DNA of 61,243 bases, filler included, from Jimgerdemannia flammicorona (lineage: Eukaryota): assembly GCA_003990765.1 (NCBI GenBank). It is 3 parts of 3 records of this genome, joined end to end, with 100 filler letters (N's around TTAATTAATTAA, not from the genome) between each part and the next. Parts side by side here need not be neighbours in the genome. Positions count along the whole stretch, not along the records: positions 1 to 20,349 come from RBNJ01001702.1; positions 20,450 to 40,798 come from RBNJ01001703.1; 1 more part is not named here. One strand, 5' to 3'. Shown in pieces: positions 14,440 to 26,580 of the stretch. Every line of letters begins with the position of its first letter. Position 1 is the first letter of the stretch. Under the pieces are notes generated by a model. That model was not told the origin of the DNA and made no database searches. It was given only the letters and a program-made list of their open reading frames with translations. The position numbers were made by a program, and so were the translations under genes.

Positions 14440-16000
14440 CCAGCTTCCAACCCTCACATTCTTTACCACTTGGAGACTTGGCACAATGCCTTATACACTC
14501 ATCTGAACTAATTGCTAGTTCAGTATCATCTAGCTGGCCTTCAATGTAACTACTTCCACAGCAACCATTCATACTCAGAACTCTACATCAATCTTCTATC
14601 TGACAACATCCTTTCAGTCTTTGCCCATTAGACAGTTCTTTCTAACAACATTTTGACTGAACTGGTTGCCAAGTGATACCTTGGCCCCTTTACATTGCTC
14701 TCTAATCTTCTCCCAAAATTTCATCTCTTTTTCAATGCCCCCCTAGGCATCATTCCCAAGAGAAATTCTGCCAAATTCTATATGATCTAATACTTATCAT
14801 TTTCTGAGGGCACCTCTATCAATGATAGTATTAATTCTGAGAAGTTCTCCATCCATATAAGAAATCATCCAGCTTCTTATTTCCATCAGCTCCACTGCCC
14901 TCTTCTGAAAGTCAGATATCACTAATGCATTTCAAACCATTCCAGTCAATCAAGCCAATTGGACCATACAGAGCATCTGCTGGCTTGGTCTGTTCTTTCT
15001 CAACATGTATCTCTCATTTAGCTTATGCTCTGCCCCCTTCATTTTCACCTTACTCATAGATCTCTTTATATAGATATGCTGCCAGTTGTATGACCTTCCC
15101 AATTTGGAACATTTCATTAATGATTTCATCTATGTGTCACAGGCAGCACATGCTCACATGACATATGCCCACTTCTATACAGTCGCTGACCAGTTTGGCC
15201 TCCCACTTAAGCTGCTCAAGGATGTCTCTCTCTCTCCAATCATTGAATATATAGGTTTCCTACTAGATGCTCCCAACATGACCATCAGCCTTCCTGCAGA
15301 CAAATGCAAGTACATCCTCACCATTCTTGCAGACTGACTCATCCTCTTGGACAAGTCTCGCGGTCCTCACCCATGGTAGTACCACAAGGCCCAGTCATTG
15401 CAGGGCTATTTAATACATGTCATCCAGGTCTTATCCAATGGAAAAGTATTCTGTGACTCTATCATTCACTTCATGGCAGTGTGGAAGCCTCCATATGCTG
15501 GGCACTGCTACCTGTCTAATCATCTTGTCACTGACTTACTTTGGTAGCAGGACATACTATGCTCATAGATAGACCATCACCTGCTTTTCTACTCTGACTG
15601 GCTCAACTGTAGCTTTTTTACAGATGTATTGGGCTTACTCAGCACTGGCACTTGGTTCAGTCAGTGCTGGTGGAGCACTCATTGGGCCCCATTATTCTCT
15701 GCTCTGGGCAGATATGATATCTTCTAAAAGAAAATGTTTGCCATTAGGATCTTACTCATACTTTGGAGTCTGTCATTCTGCTCTCATCGGATCATCCTAT
15801 AGTGTGATAGCCAACCTTGTGTCAAATCTTTAACCAGTGGCCACACCTCTCACTATCCTCTTATCAATGATCTCCTTCATTAGATTATCATTCTTTGTCT
15901 TGAATTCAGCTTTGATATCTAAGCCAGGTACATCCCTTCAGAGTCTAACCCTGCCAATTCTCTGTCTTATTTTGTATACCTCTTAACCCATCTACAGGAC
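14440..16000 (+). pseudogene. Ngaro RT-RNase H
   Basis: PLGIIPKRNS, HLSF-like YLSFSEGTSIND, DITNAFQTIPV, SAPFIF, HFINDF (decayed xDD), IEYIGFLLD, FFTDV (FTDAS). Confidence 0.85.
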
Positions 16001-16049
16001 CTGCTTCCATCTTAGGTATCATCCCTCTTTGGCTTCATGATTGATTTGA

Positions 16050-16945
16050 AGTATGCTTGTATCAATGTACCCATACCTGCACTGGTAGTCTCTGCCCAGA
16101 GATCAACTCTCTCCTCTGATTCCTTGACTCCTATTATATTCCCAAGCAGGTGGCCTTCCCTTTGACTGATGACCTCCTCAGTTACTGAGCACTGTGGGTA
16201 GCCAATGACAAGAAGCTCTATATGACAATAAAGAACTACTTCTATGACCTAGCTGCTTACCAGGTGACTCACTGGCAGGGCTCCACCCTACAATGCACTA
16301 ACCTACCTCTATTCAACATAGTCTTAAAAAACATTGCTACCAACTCCCTCCTTGATGTCCCATCACTCAAATGCCTTCCTATTACCCACCAATACCTCTG
16401 GTACATCTGTCTTTACTTATGCCTCAACACTCTGTCCAGTGCTATAGTCTGGGCTGCTATATATACAGCCTTCTATGGCCTCATGAGAATAGGTAAATTA
16501 ATGATCCAGGATGGTCAGGTTTTTAATTGGTCCCAGCAAGTTTGTTGTCATCATCTTCAATACTGCTAGGACCCCACCCTTGCTTGCCCATTTTGGTTAA
16601 TTCACCTATCTTGTATGAAGATAGGCTCTACTAACAAGGTGTTCCTGGGGTTTTCCAAGGCTTTCAATTGCCCTTGCCTGGTGATCAATAATATGGTTTA
16701 GGTCATTTTGGCTCAGTTGGATGAATCTGCCTTTTGTCTTAGGCCCATACAGCTATTGTTTCATATGAACTTTATCAATATCATTCAATCTACTTTATTC
16801 AGCTCAGTTCTTACATCAGGGATCTATGGCCATTCCTTCCATATTGGCAGCACCACTCTGCTGGCTTCTGCTGGTTACTCTAACCATATTATCCAATTGG
16901 CTGACCACTAGAAGTCCTCTGTCTTTTTGCATTACATTCAGTAAC
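16050..16945 (+). pseudogene. Tyrosine recombinase
   Basis: AFYGLMRIGKL (catalytic R), YGHSFHIGSTT (HSFRIG), IQLADH*KSSVFLHYI (GRWKS...Y). Confidence 0.9.
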
Positions 16946-19099
16946 TTGATCATATCATCTCTTGCATAATAGCTACACTTGCAGCACTGCCCTTCCCAGT
17001 GCTCCCACAGGCCATTGGTTTGGCTAGTGGTGGCCAGGTGTCATCCATAAGTAGTTAGTGGCATCTCATGAAGCCTCAACTGCTCCTTAGGCCTGCAATG
17101 GTTGGTCTTCTTCGCCATAGGTAAGGGCAGACCTGGGAAGCATGTGCTTTACCCAGCCAAACCCAATGTTCACTTGGTTGCTCATTTTGATATCCTCTTC
17201 TTCTTCTCTTTCATTTTGTTCTCCTCACTTGATCAGTACAATCTTCTCTTTTTTGAGCAGTATCTAATTTTGGTGCATCTGGGGATATTGTCAGAGTTAT
17301 GAATATAGTTCAAACTATAGCAAAGTCCCTGAGGTGAGAGGAGCCTAGAACAGTCTGTTTTAGTATATATAGTATAGTTTTAGCTGGGGCTTCAGCCTGT
17401 TTCAGTTTACTCCAATCATAGTATACTTAGTTAGTACAATTCAGGGGTGCCTTTATTTGCTGCAGGACAGCACACCCTACCCCTCATCATCTAGCTGAAC
17501 AATAGGCTGAACAATAGTTTAGCATCAGTACTTTGTATAGCATTAGTCTCTAGTAGTAGCTCTCAAGCTATTTTTGTGCACCCCTCTCTCTCATCTCTAG
17601 TAAAATATAAATAAAGGTTGGCCTTCTTCACTATAGGTGAGGGCAGACCTGGGAAGTGCATGCTTACCCAGCCAAACCTAATATTCACTTGGTTGCTCAT
17701 TTTTATGTCTTCTTCTCCTTCTCTTCCATTTCATTCCTCTCACTCAATCAGTGCAATCTTCCCTTTTTTGGGCAGTACCCAATTTTGGCACATCCAGGGA
17801 TATTGTCAGAGGTAAGATTTATAATATATTACATTATATTATATTATATTATAATTTATATTATAATAATTTATTTATTAATAAATTAATTTTTATTAAT
17901 AGTTCTTAAACACAATAATTATGACTGATAAAGATTTACAAAAATATGTCATTGAAGATGATACTTGGCAGATGCTAAAAGATATTATAAAAATTCTAAA
18001 GAACTTTCAAAAGGCAATAGATCTTACAGCTAAGCAGAAATATACAATAGTTTATACAGCTATTCTAATTTACAACTATCTGCTGAATAAGTTGGAGGAT
18101 GACAAAGATATTCAAATACCAAAGATGGGAGAGCTGATGGATATTATTCATCAGATAATAACAGCAGCTATTGATAAGTTGAAGATATATTATTCAATAA
18201 CAGATGGTCTTTATTATATTGATACTAGTAAGTAAATATTTCAATAAATCTATTTCGAAATTTGCTTGATGCTAAGATAGTTTCAAAATTTGAAATTTGC
18301 TTAATTGGTTGATTACTATGAATTTATTTTTTGGAATGAAAACCAGTTCTCAATCCTAGGATTAAACTAGGATATTATTCATCCCATAGTTGGGAAGACA
18401 TTTGGATTCAAGAGGCTGAAAACACACTTTATACAGTTTATAATAAAAACTATATCCCTCTATCTGGATTAGTTTATTGCACAATTTTCAATATTAATGT
18501 CAATGTCAATATCAGTGCTGCAATTGAAGATAATAATAACATCCTTGCTGAATTAGATGAACATATATTCTATGGTAACAAAAGACAAAAACTGACAACA
18601 AATTCTGAGCCGAAGGTAGATGCTTATTTAAAAAGTAAAATTGTTAAATTTCAATTGAGAGTTGATACATTATCATGGTGGCAAGTGAGTTGGGCTTTCA
18701 TATTCGAATTTGATCTATATATTTCGAAAGTTTTTTCAAATTAATTTATTTTATTAGAACATTAGAGCCATAGCAGAGATTTCCAAAATCTAGCAAAAAT
18801 AGTATATGACTATTTAGCTATCCCAGCAATAAGTGCTCTGATTGAGCAGGTTTTTTCAAGTGATACAGATCTTGTAATACCCAAAAGAGGTACTTTAGAC
18901 TCTGAAATAATCCATGAATATATGTATTTAAAGGTATGGCAATTAGTCTAGTATTCTGATCTTAAAATATAGTGTAATCTCAAAATATAGTTACTTGAAA
19001 TACCAAATATATATACATATCTGATTATTATATTGGAATTCTGAACAATGAAGTATCTATATTCCAAGCTCTTGGCTTGCTTATCTGTATCATATTAGT

Positions 19100-19870
19100 T
19101 CACTACATTACCATCAAAGCTACCTGTTTATACTATTGATACTACTGAAGCTTCCTGATGGTATAATTGCTTTGAAGCTCTCTTGTTCTATGTTATATTG
19201 ACTCCATCAAAGCTACCTATCTCCCAAAGCTTCCTGATGGTATAACTGCTTTGAAGCTCTCTATTTTGCCTCACTATATTACTACTATATTCAAAGCTCT
19301 CAGCATCACAGCTATATTTGAAGTTCTTGACTTAACTGCATTACCACTATATTTGAAGCTCTCCATATTGGCTCATTGTATCATCACTACTATATTCAAA
19401 GCTCTCAACATCTCACTGGCTTGACTGTATTACTGCTATATTTAAAGCTCTCCATATTGGCTCATTGTATCATCACTACTATATTCAAAGCTCTCAGCAT
19501 CATGCTATATTTGAATCTAAGCATCAGATAAAAAAATATAAATAGGCTATCTTGAAGACTTGTCTGAATACTTTGAGGAAATGAATGAGACCATCAGCAA
19601 AGTTTTCAAATAGCTAAATGATAACAATGATGATAAGAGTAATGAAAATTACAAGAAAAATAAGAAAAAAATAGAGAAAGCACTTGAGAGATTTATCTCA
19701 GCCAGTCATACCCTTACCAGCCCTCAAGTCTAAGCCTCTGCCAGCCCTCAAGCTCAAGCTCCTACCAGCCATCAAGTCTTGGCCCTGGCCCCTCAAGCCC
19801 CAGCCCCTCAAGCCCTAGCCCTGGCCCCTCAAGCTCTAGTCCCTCAAGCCCTGGCCCTGAAGCCAAGAAG
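19100..19870. repeat. Tandem repeat tracts in the hAT right arm
   Basis: Repeated TCAAAGCTCTC/TTGAAGCTCTC units at 19100-19510, and CCCTCAAGCCC units (APQALAL-like) at 19720-19865. Confidence 0.75.
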
Positions 19871-20349
19871 AGGACAATATACTACAAGTTACTATAATTG
19901 CAGAGTGTATGGTAAAACATGCTGTACCATTTCCAGGATTTATCAATATCTTGATCCAACCATTTCTGACATTCCTTCAGGCAAAAGACCATATGATAAT
20001 ATATATATATCAGATAGTAGCTACTGTGGCTAGATATGCTGCAAATACTTGAATGAATGCAGAATTATGCTGAGAATGCTTGAATTTGTATATTGGATGC
20101 TGGGATCATACTGGGAATACTGAATTGTGAATAAATTAGGATAGGAATTAGGATGCTTGAATGAATAGCATGAAAATGAATAGACTAATAATTACAAATA
20201 AAAAGATTGATAATATAAGATTGATGATGTAAGATTTGAATTGAATTGAACCCTCAATTTGATTCAATCAAATCAAATCAGACCCTCAATTTGATTTGAC
20301 TTTAATTCAATTTGACTTTAATTTGAATCAAAAAATCCTCTTTTTTTTT

Positions 20350-20449
20350 NNNNNNNNNNNNNNNNNNNNNNNNNNNNNNNNNNNNNNNNNNNNTTAATTA
20401 ATTAANNNNNNNNNNNNNNNNNNNNNNNNNNNNNNNNNNNNNNNNNNNN
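20350..20449. other. Artificial scaffold gap with TTAATTAATTAA spacer
   Basis: 100-bp N block with a central six-frame-stop linker. Confidence 0.97.
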
Positions 20450-21558
20450 TTTTTTAATAATAATAATAATAATAATTCCATTAATTTTAGAAGTGGTCAT
20501 TAAGAGTTATTCTTTCAATACATTTCCTATTTATGTTCTAAGATGCAGATTTAATTTAGCTATTATTAATTATATCAAAAAAAAAACCCCCCCTATCTTA
20601 TTTTGCTACCAAGGCACGAGAGATGAGAAAACGCCCGTTTCGTTGGCGTGAAGCATAGCTACATTTCGATTTTTCCAAACTGGGAGAGCAGTTGATCAAG
20701 CCCTGGCTCAGCAAGCGACGGGAATATGATTCTGTATGATGAGATCGATTTAGCCATGCGCGAGAATTGTCATTTTCTTATTATTACGTTTTCAACGAGA
20801 ATTCGGTTTGTGTATGAACAAAAGTGTGAGGGTGAGATGTACCTAACCTTAAGATTTATAAGTATTCTTCCAACTAGGGCGTGCCCAGACAAAGTGAACA
20901 TGTGACGTCACACATTACATGGTTAAAATCTGATTGGGCAACACGCAACAAACCATGTTTATTTCTCTCCATGGCACCCAGGCCACAAAGGTAAAAAACT
21001 GCCAATACTTCATCTTTTATCCCCATTCTGCGTGTTCCCATGTGCATTACTGACACTTTGCCACGCGATTCCCTCAGCGGTGATCGCGTATTTCCGCGAT
21101 GTAGACAGTGTTGACTGCGCCTACCCACATTTCCTAGACGCGCTTTGAGACATCATCCTGGAATCACCGCCCTTCACCGAAGATTGGACCGGGCTCGACG
21201 GAATTTGGTACAAGCGGTACGCGCGACTGGCGAAGGAGGTATATATAAAAGAGGTAGGGTTTTTAAAGGCGGAGGAGGGCGCTTCACAGCTGTCTGATAT
21301 GTCCTTCACATGGAACAGCTCGAGAGGTTTTGCCGGTGTTCCGGTGCCCGAGTGACGAGGGAAAGGCATCTCGTGGCCGTATGTTATGTGGCGCATTTCT
21401 ATATCGCCAACATTTAACGGCCCGCGAGGTTTTCCTGCCGATGTATCCGGTGCCTTCCTCGTTGCGATCTCCACCGAGATCACAATTTTCTTTTGTTTGG
21501 ATATGGAACCCTTGATATGAAAACCCTTGTCCTTCGACAGCCACCCATCCATCCGCCA

Positions 21559-22260
21559 ATGAAGTCATTTTTCGAAGGCATTATCAGGGAACGTAAAAAG
21601 CTTCAAAAGGAGGAGCCGGAGAAATATCCCGATTACTCGTGTAAGTGTCATCAATGATAGTCCATGTCCAAAGTCAGGGATCAGTATTTTGGTTATACCA
21701 GTAAGGCAATTTACAAAAAAATTACATTCCTTCTAACTTACCAACGAACATTCTAGCTCTTGTATCCTACCTGAAGGAGCATGAAGTCTGGTCTTACATC
21801 GAATTTTTGAAATGCCATCGCGATGTCAACACCGGTTTCCGGCGACTGGGCGGTACTTGACAGTGCCTGGTTCCGTCGCTTTAAAGGTGCAGCAAAAGTG
21901 CTCAGTCCAGATAATTACAATGAGAAGGTATAGTACGTTTTTTTTTTTTTTTTTTGTGCTTAGTGAAGGGCGCCCCTGGTCTGCTACCTATCGGACTTCG
22001 GGGGTATTCCATCGGCTACCTATCCGAGCCCAAGTGATTGTGGTGGCGCCCCTGGTCTGCTACCTATCAGACTTAAGGGGTATTCCATCGGCTACCTATC
22101 CGAGCCCCACTATTGCGATTTGTGATTTGCATTCTTTTACTTTAATACCAAGTTGTTCTCTAGTATATCTTCATATTCTCTTAATCGAATAGATGGTGTC
22201 TAATCATGCAAATAATAGCAGAAAACTATTTTGGGAGAATGTCATCTTTGAGTAGAAGGT
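21559..22260 (+). pseudogene. Spliced host gene fragment of unknown function, frameshifted and disrupted by TE insertion
   Basis: TATATAAAA at ~21242. Exon 1 MKSFFEGIIRERKKLQKEEPEKYPDYS, then a GTAAGT...CTAAC...TAG intron. Exon 2 LVSYLKEHEVWSYIEFLKCHRDV, frameshift, GDWAVLDSAWFRRFKGAAKVL. Exon 3 ...KLFWENVIFE*K. 5' part is CpG-rich. Confidence 0.7.
21969..22108. repeat. Two ~63-bp GC-rich direct repeats next to a poly(T) run, intronic
   Basis: GGCGCCCCTGGTCTGCTACCTATC.GACTT..GGGGTATTCCATCGGCTACCTATCCGAGCCC twice. Confidence 0.9.
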
Positions 22261-22282
22261 GGTAAATTATATCTTATACTAT

Positions 22283-24106
22283 TTTTTTTTTTTTTAATAG
22301 ACTCAATATTCCATGGATTTTTATTAGAAGAGAACCTAGACTATATAGATCAAAACCCTTTCCCACTATCCATCAAGCACTGCTCCCTTATTAATCTAGA
22401 CTAGTTATTGTTCAGCAGCTCAACTATGCTAGATATAGTAGAGTCTATATTGGTCTGTATCTCATTTTGTATACCATGTTCTCTCTATTATTAGAGGGAA
22501 TTCAGCTATATGCCAACAACTGAAAGTGTATACTCAAGACTTCAACATATGTATAAGGCCATATTTAAGTTAAATAGAATAGCTTCTGCTATCTCAAAGA
22601 GAATAACAGACAAAGAAAAAACTCTCATCAAAGTATATCAGGTGGGTAGGGTCTAGTTCTCTCAGTTGAGATAAGTAAAGAACTTATATATGAGACAAGA
22701 GAAGACTCCCGATATCTCACTACTTAAGTTTATAAGTCTTGATCATATTGCCATGTCAGCTTCTGGTTTCAGTTGAGTGTAGTCAAGATATCTGAAATAA
22801 GTAGTCTTGGGCCCCCCAACTCTTCCCAATGACTAGGTGAATTACCAAAAGAAGTCGAGAGTGATACCTATTATCTAACTGCTCTGCACCAATCAAAAGG
22901 CCCCACTGAAGTAGTATCTGCCTCAGCCCTGATGACTGCCCCCAGCCTAGTACCCTACTGGTTCACTATTATTGTCCTTCCTCCTATCTATGATAACCAT
23001 CTCTCCTCCCATCCTGATAATACTCAAAAAGCAATTACTTATATTAAAACCACACTCACCAGAAAGCTCACCAAAGCCAGAGGGCCCCACTATAGGTACT
23101 AAGAACCTACAGATAACCTATACTGAGTACTTGATGCTCAAGATTGGCCAACTCCCTATACAGCCTATAATATACTGAGACAGCACTATATTGGTGATGG
23201 CAAAAGGAAGAAGGTGCTGCACCAAAATGGATGTACTCTAGATATAGCTAAAAGTACCAGAAACCATGAAAAAGTAAAGAAGACACCAATCTGATACTGA
23301 TAAAGAGGCAACTCATCACTATTGCCTCCTACCCACTGCTCTATAATAGGTATAGCTAGTGCTCCTAACGAGTCAATTTAATCCGGATTGGATTCGGATT
23401 GATTCAGATTGAATCCCATCCGAATCAACTCGGATGGGATTCGAATCAACCATTGTTTTGATTTCCAAATTAAATAATTAAATGTTTACATCAATAACTC
23501 AATAAATAATCATCCAAATTTGATGATCTTGGTGTCATTTGAAAGCCCTTAATAAGGCCTATCTAATGATACCAAGAACATTGAAATCCGATCATGCGTT
23601 GCTGAGTTATGAAGGAAACTGTCTGAATCGCCGATTTTGGAAATTCTTCGATTTGCCGATTTTGGAAATTTCGTCAAATAGAACGTTTTCTTTAATATAT
23701 CGGCAACGCACAATCCGATTTTAATGTTCTTGATATCATTAGAAAGGCCTTATTAAGGGCTTTCAAATGACACCAAGATCATCAAATTTGGATGATTATT
23801 CATCGAGTTATTGATGTAAACATTTAATTGTCCAATTTGGAAATCAAAACAATGGTTGATTCGAATCCATCCAGATGGGATTCGAATCCATCCCGAGTTG
23901 ATCTGGATGGGATTCAAATCCAATCCGAGTTGATCCAGATGGGATTTGAATCCATCCGAATCCCATCTGGATTGACTCGTTCGGAGCACTAGGTATAGCA
24001 AACCAACCTAAGATAGAGGAGGTAATAATTATAGAAAGTGGACTCAGAAGATTGTCTACCAAACTATTATGACTGGTAAGATAGTGGAGAAAGAGGTATA
24101 TATTTT
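22283..24106 (-). mobile_element. ~1.2 kb poly(A)-tailed retroposon, copy 1 (contains the hAT MITE)
   Basis: Poly(T) at the left end and ~16-bp TSD TATAT(C/T)TTATACTATT. Homologous to 32195-33291, 33750-34290 and 42476-42705. Confidence 0.85.
23357..23991. mobile_element. hAT MITE (635 bp), largely palindromic
   Basis: 21-bp TIR TAGTGCTCC(T/G)AACGAGTCAAT and perfect 8-bp TSD GGTATAGC (23349-23356, 23992-23999). Long internal inverted arms; CpGs retained. Confidence 0.95.
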
Positions 24107-26169
24107 ATACTATTGATATTTATCTTAATAGATAATTAATTTGTATTATAAATATAGCTATAGAAGAATAAAAAAAACTTATTAATTAGAATTATTTTAT
24201 ATTAAAAGATAAAATACTAAATTATGATATTAATATAGTTATTAGTGTTTTTATTTTTATTTTTTAAATTAGGTTTAAATTAAATTGAGTTCAAATTGAA
24301 TTAAGGTCTGATTTAATTCAAAATTTTTATCTCAACTTCAAAATATAATAACTCAATAAAAATATATCTAAATTTAATATTTTTTATTATACTATACTTA
24401 TTTTATATTAGTAATAAGTAGCTTACTATTGAGTGAGTTTTAGTAGTATAAGTAAGACTGATTGGACACTAGTTATATATATTTGAGAAGAAGAGACAAA
24501 TGTGTTTAGAGGAGTATTTAGTAAGATAGAAAGAGTTGTTAAGAGATATTATATCTAGTTAGTTAGTAGGGCAAGATCTTTAGAGTAGTTCTAATAGAGG
24601 AGATTTGTAAGTAGAATAGAGAGAGTGTGATAATAATTAATAGTTTAGTAACTATTAATTATAAAAGAATAAGAGGTGGTCTCTTAAGAGAGATTAGTTA
24701 GAAATAAGGTTACTATATTATATTGAGAATTAGAAGAGTTTAGTAATAAATATTAAACTTATTTAGAAACCTTCTCTTGGTATCTAGACATTACTAGAAC
24801 ATTCTTATCTTTCCTTGGCAAGTATCTTGTCTTAGCTAGATATGAAACCTTTTGGAACATTGTAGAATAGTATTAGTCAGCTTTGCTAAGAACCTATTTT
24901 TTGATATTTCTCTTTTTTTCTAAGATCCTTCCAGATTTTTCTTTCAGATTATATATAAATATTCTTATTCTTTACCTAAATAAAGCTGAGGATATTTTTT
25001 TCCAGAAATTCTTTAAGAATACTTGAATCTTTAAGTATCTCTTTAGTCAACTAGAACCTCCAGATTTAGTCACTTTCTCATAAAGAAACTAGAACTATTA
25101 CACTTAATAGCAATAGTGGCATTATACCTTACCTTATTAAGAAATCTCATATAAATTCAGAAATCAGTTACAAATAGTCACATAAATCTAAAATGAGCTG
25201 TGAAGAGTCAGTCTACCAGCCACACCCCTCTGCTACAGAAGAAGTAAGAGAATCATAGCTCAATATAGAGGATATGATTAATGCTATAACTCACTAAATT
25301 CAAGAACTTCAAGTACAACTAGAATAGCAGAAAACAAAAACTGCAAGTATATCACATTCTGCTGTAGTATTAGTTAGATTCAAGCTACTTAAGCCAGATA
25401 CCTTCAACAGCTATTGAGGAGAGCTATCTACAAATATATGGACCTTTCAGTTGGACCAATACTTCAAGCTCACAAGAATGGAAGAAGACATGTAAGTCCA
25501 ATTTGCTGCCACACTTCTCTAAGAAAATGCAGTCATCTGGTGGTATAATCATATCATAGTTATCTTGGTATACTCATATATATGAATCAGAGACTAGAAA
25601 GCCTTCAAGAGAGCCCTTTATAAGCAGTTCAAGTTTACTAATACTACCAAACTAGCCAGAGACAAGCTAGTAAACATCAAGCAACTCAAGTCTGTGCAAA
25701 GCTATAATATATAATTTTTATCAATCCTACTTGAGCTACCAGTAATATCTAAGAATGAAAAGATAGACTGCTATATCCAAGGTCTGAAAGGAAGCACATG
25801 AGTCAAGGTTGAGCTAGAAGAGCCCAAAAATCTTAATGAAGCTATAAGAATTACTGATAGGTTTGATGTCATCACCTTTGGTAACTACTTTGAACTAGAA
25901 TACTGCAAGAAGAACTACTTTGAGAACTGCCACAAGAATCAACCAAGAATAGTTGACCTGGCACCAATGGACCTAGACACTATGAAGAAAAAGAATACCA
26001 AGCTTACCTCTGAAGAAAAGGACTATCTAAAGAAATCTGGAGCCTATTTCTTCTATTACCAAACAGGATACATTGTAACCAAATGTCCTAAGAAGACTAG
26101 TGAACCCTCAAGACCAGTCACTATGTTGTCCAAAGACACATCTATCAACCCTACTACCAGTCAATCTGA

Positions 26170-26580
26170 GCTTAAGATTAAGAAGCTTTATTCAAGAGCC
26201 CAGACCTCTCAATATTAAACAGAAAGAGCTATTGGTCTCAATCTATACTCTGTCAAACAAGTCACCATTCTAGCCAAGGGCCAAACTCTGGTATCTACTG
26301 GAATTTCAGTTCAATGTTCTGAAGGATATTATGCCAGAATTATACTATGATCAAGACTCAGTGTCAAACATCATTTAGTTATAGATGCTGGTGTCATTGA
26401 TCCAGACTTTTGAGGATAAGTTCAAGTTCTACTTATCAATCAGAAGGATTAAGACTATACAGTCAAAGAAGGAGACCAAGTTGTGTAAATAATTCTAGAA
26501 AAAGTCAGTCAACTCAAGATTATAGAAGCCCAAGAACTCTCTGAGACCAAATGAGATCAAAAAGGTTTTGATAGTACTGA
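26170..26580 (+). pseudogene. dUTPase domain between gag and protease
   Basis: AIGLNLYS (AGLDL), VSTGISV, *SRLSVK (RSGL), DAGVIDPDF*G, GDQVV*II (GDRIAQ), KGFDST (GFGST). Confidence 0.92.

Larger units (their letters stand above)
12920..17811 (+). mobile_element. Ngaro-type tyrosine-recombinase (DIRS-order) retrotransposon, complete
   Basis: Split direct repeats in A1...B1-A2-B2 order: A1 12920-~13220, B1 17100-17296, A2 17297-~17590, B2 17616-17811. Internal gag-like ORF, RT/RNase H and YR. Confidence 0.92.
11520..18950 (+). pseudogene. hAT transposase (BED finger, DDE core, hATC dimerisation domain), multi-exon
   Basis: GSSTTNLWTHFNKYH, WIISNSQPFIVVEN, SFTVD, IIIDNAFNN, HCLAHIINL, LDIKTQ*NL (TRWNS). 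After the insertion: VLNPRIKL, LSWWQ, DYLAIPAISALIEQVFS. GT-AG introns present. Confidence 0.9.
11323..20340 (+). mobile_element. hAT DNA transposon (autonomous type, decayed), interrupted by an Ngaro element; right end lost in the gap
   Basis: Left end TAGTACTCCTAACAAATCAAAT is a deaminated version of the MITE TIR at 23357. TTGAAT/ATTCAA subterminal repeats occur at 11335-11420 and 20230-20330. Confidence 0.85.

Noticed and set aside
19100..19510. CRISPR-like periodic repeats (also 12460-12530 and 42115-42410)
   Set aside because: No unique spacers or cas genes; eukaryotic tandem or subterminal repeats.
20394..20405. TTAATTAATTAA palindrome, repeated at 40843-40854
   Set aside because: Assembly linker inside N runs. 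Adjacency across these gaps should not be interpreted.
21121..21568. Minus-strand ORFs of 143 and 94 aa
   Set aside because: They overlap the promoter/5' UTR of the plus-strand spliced gene and show no recognisable motifs.
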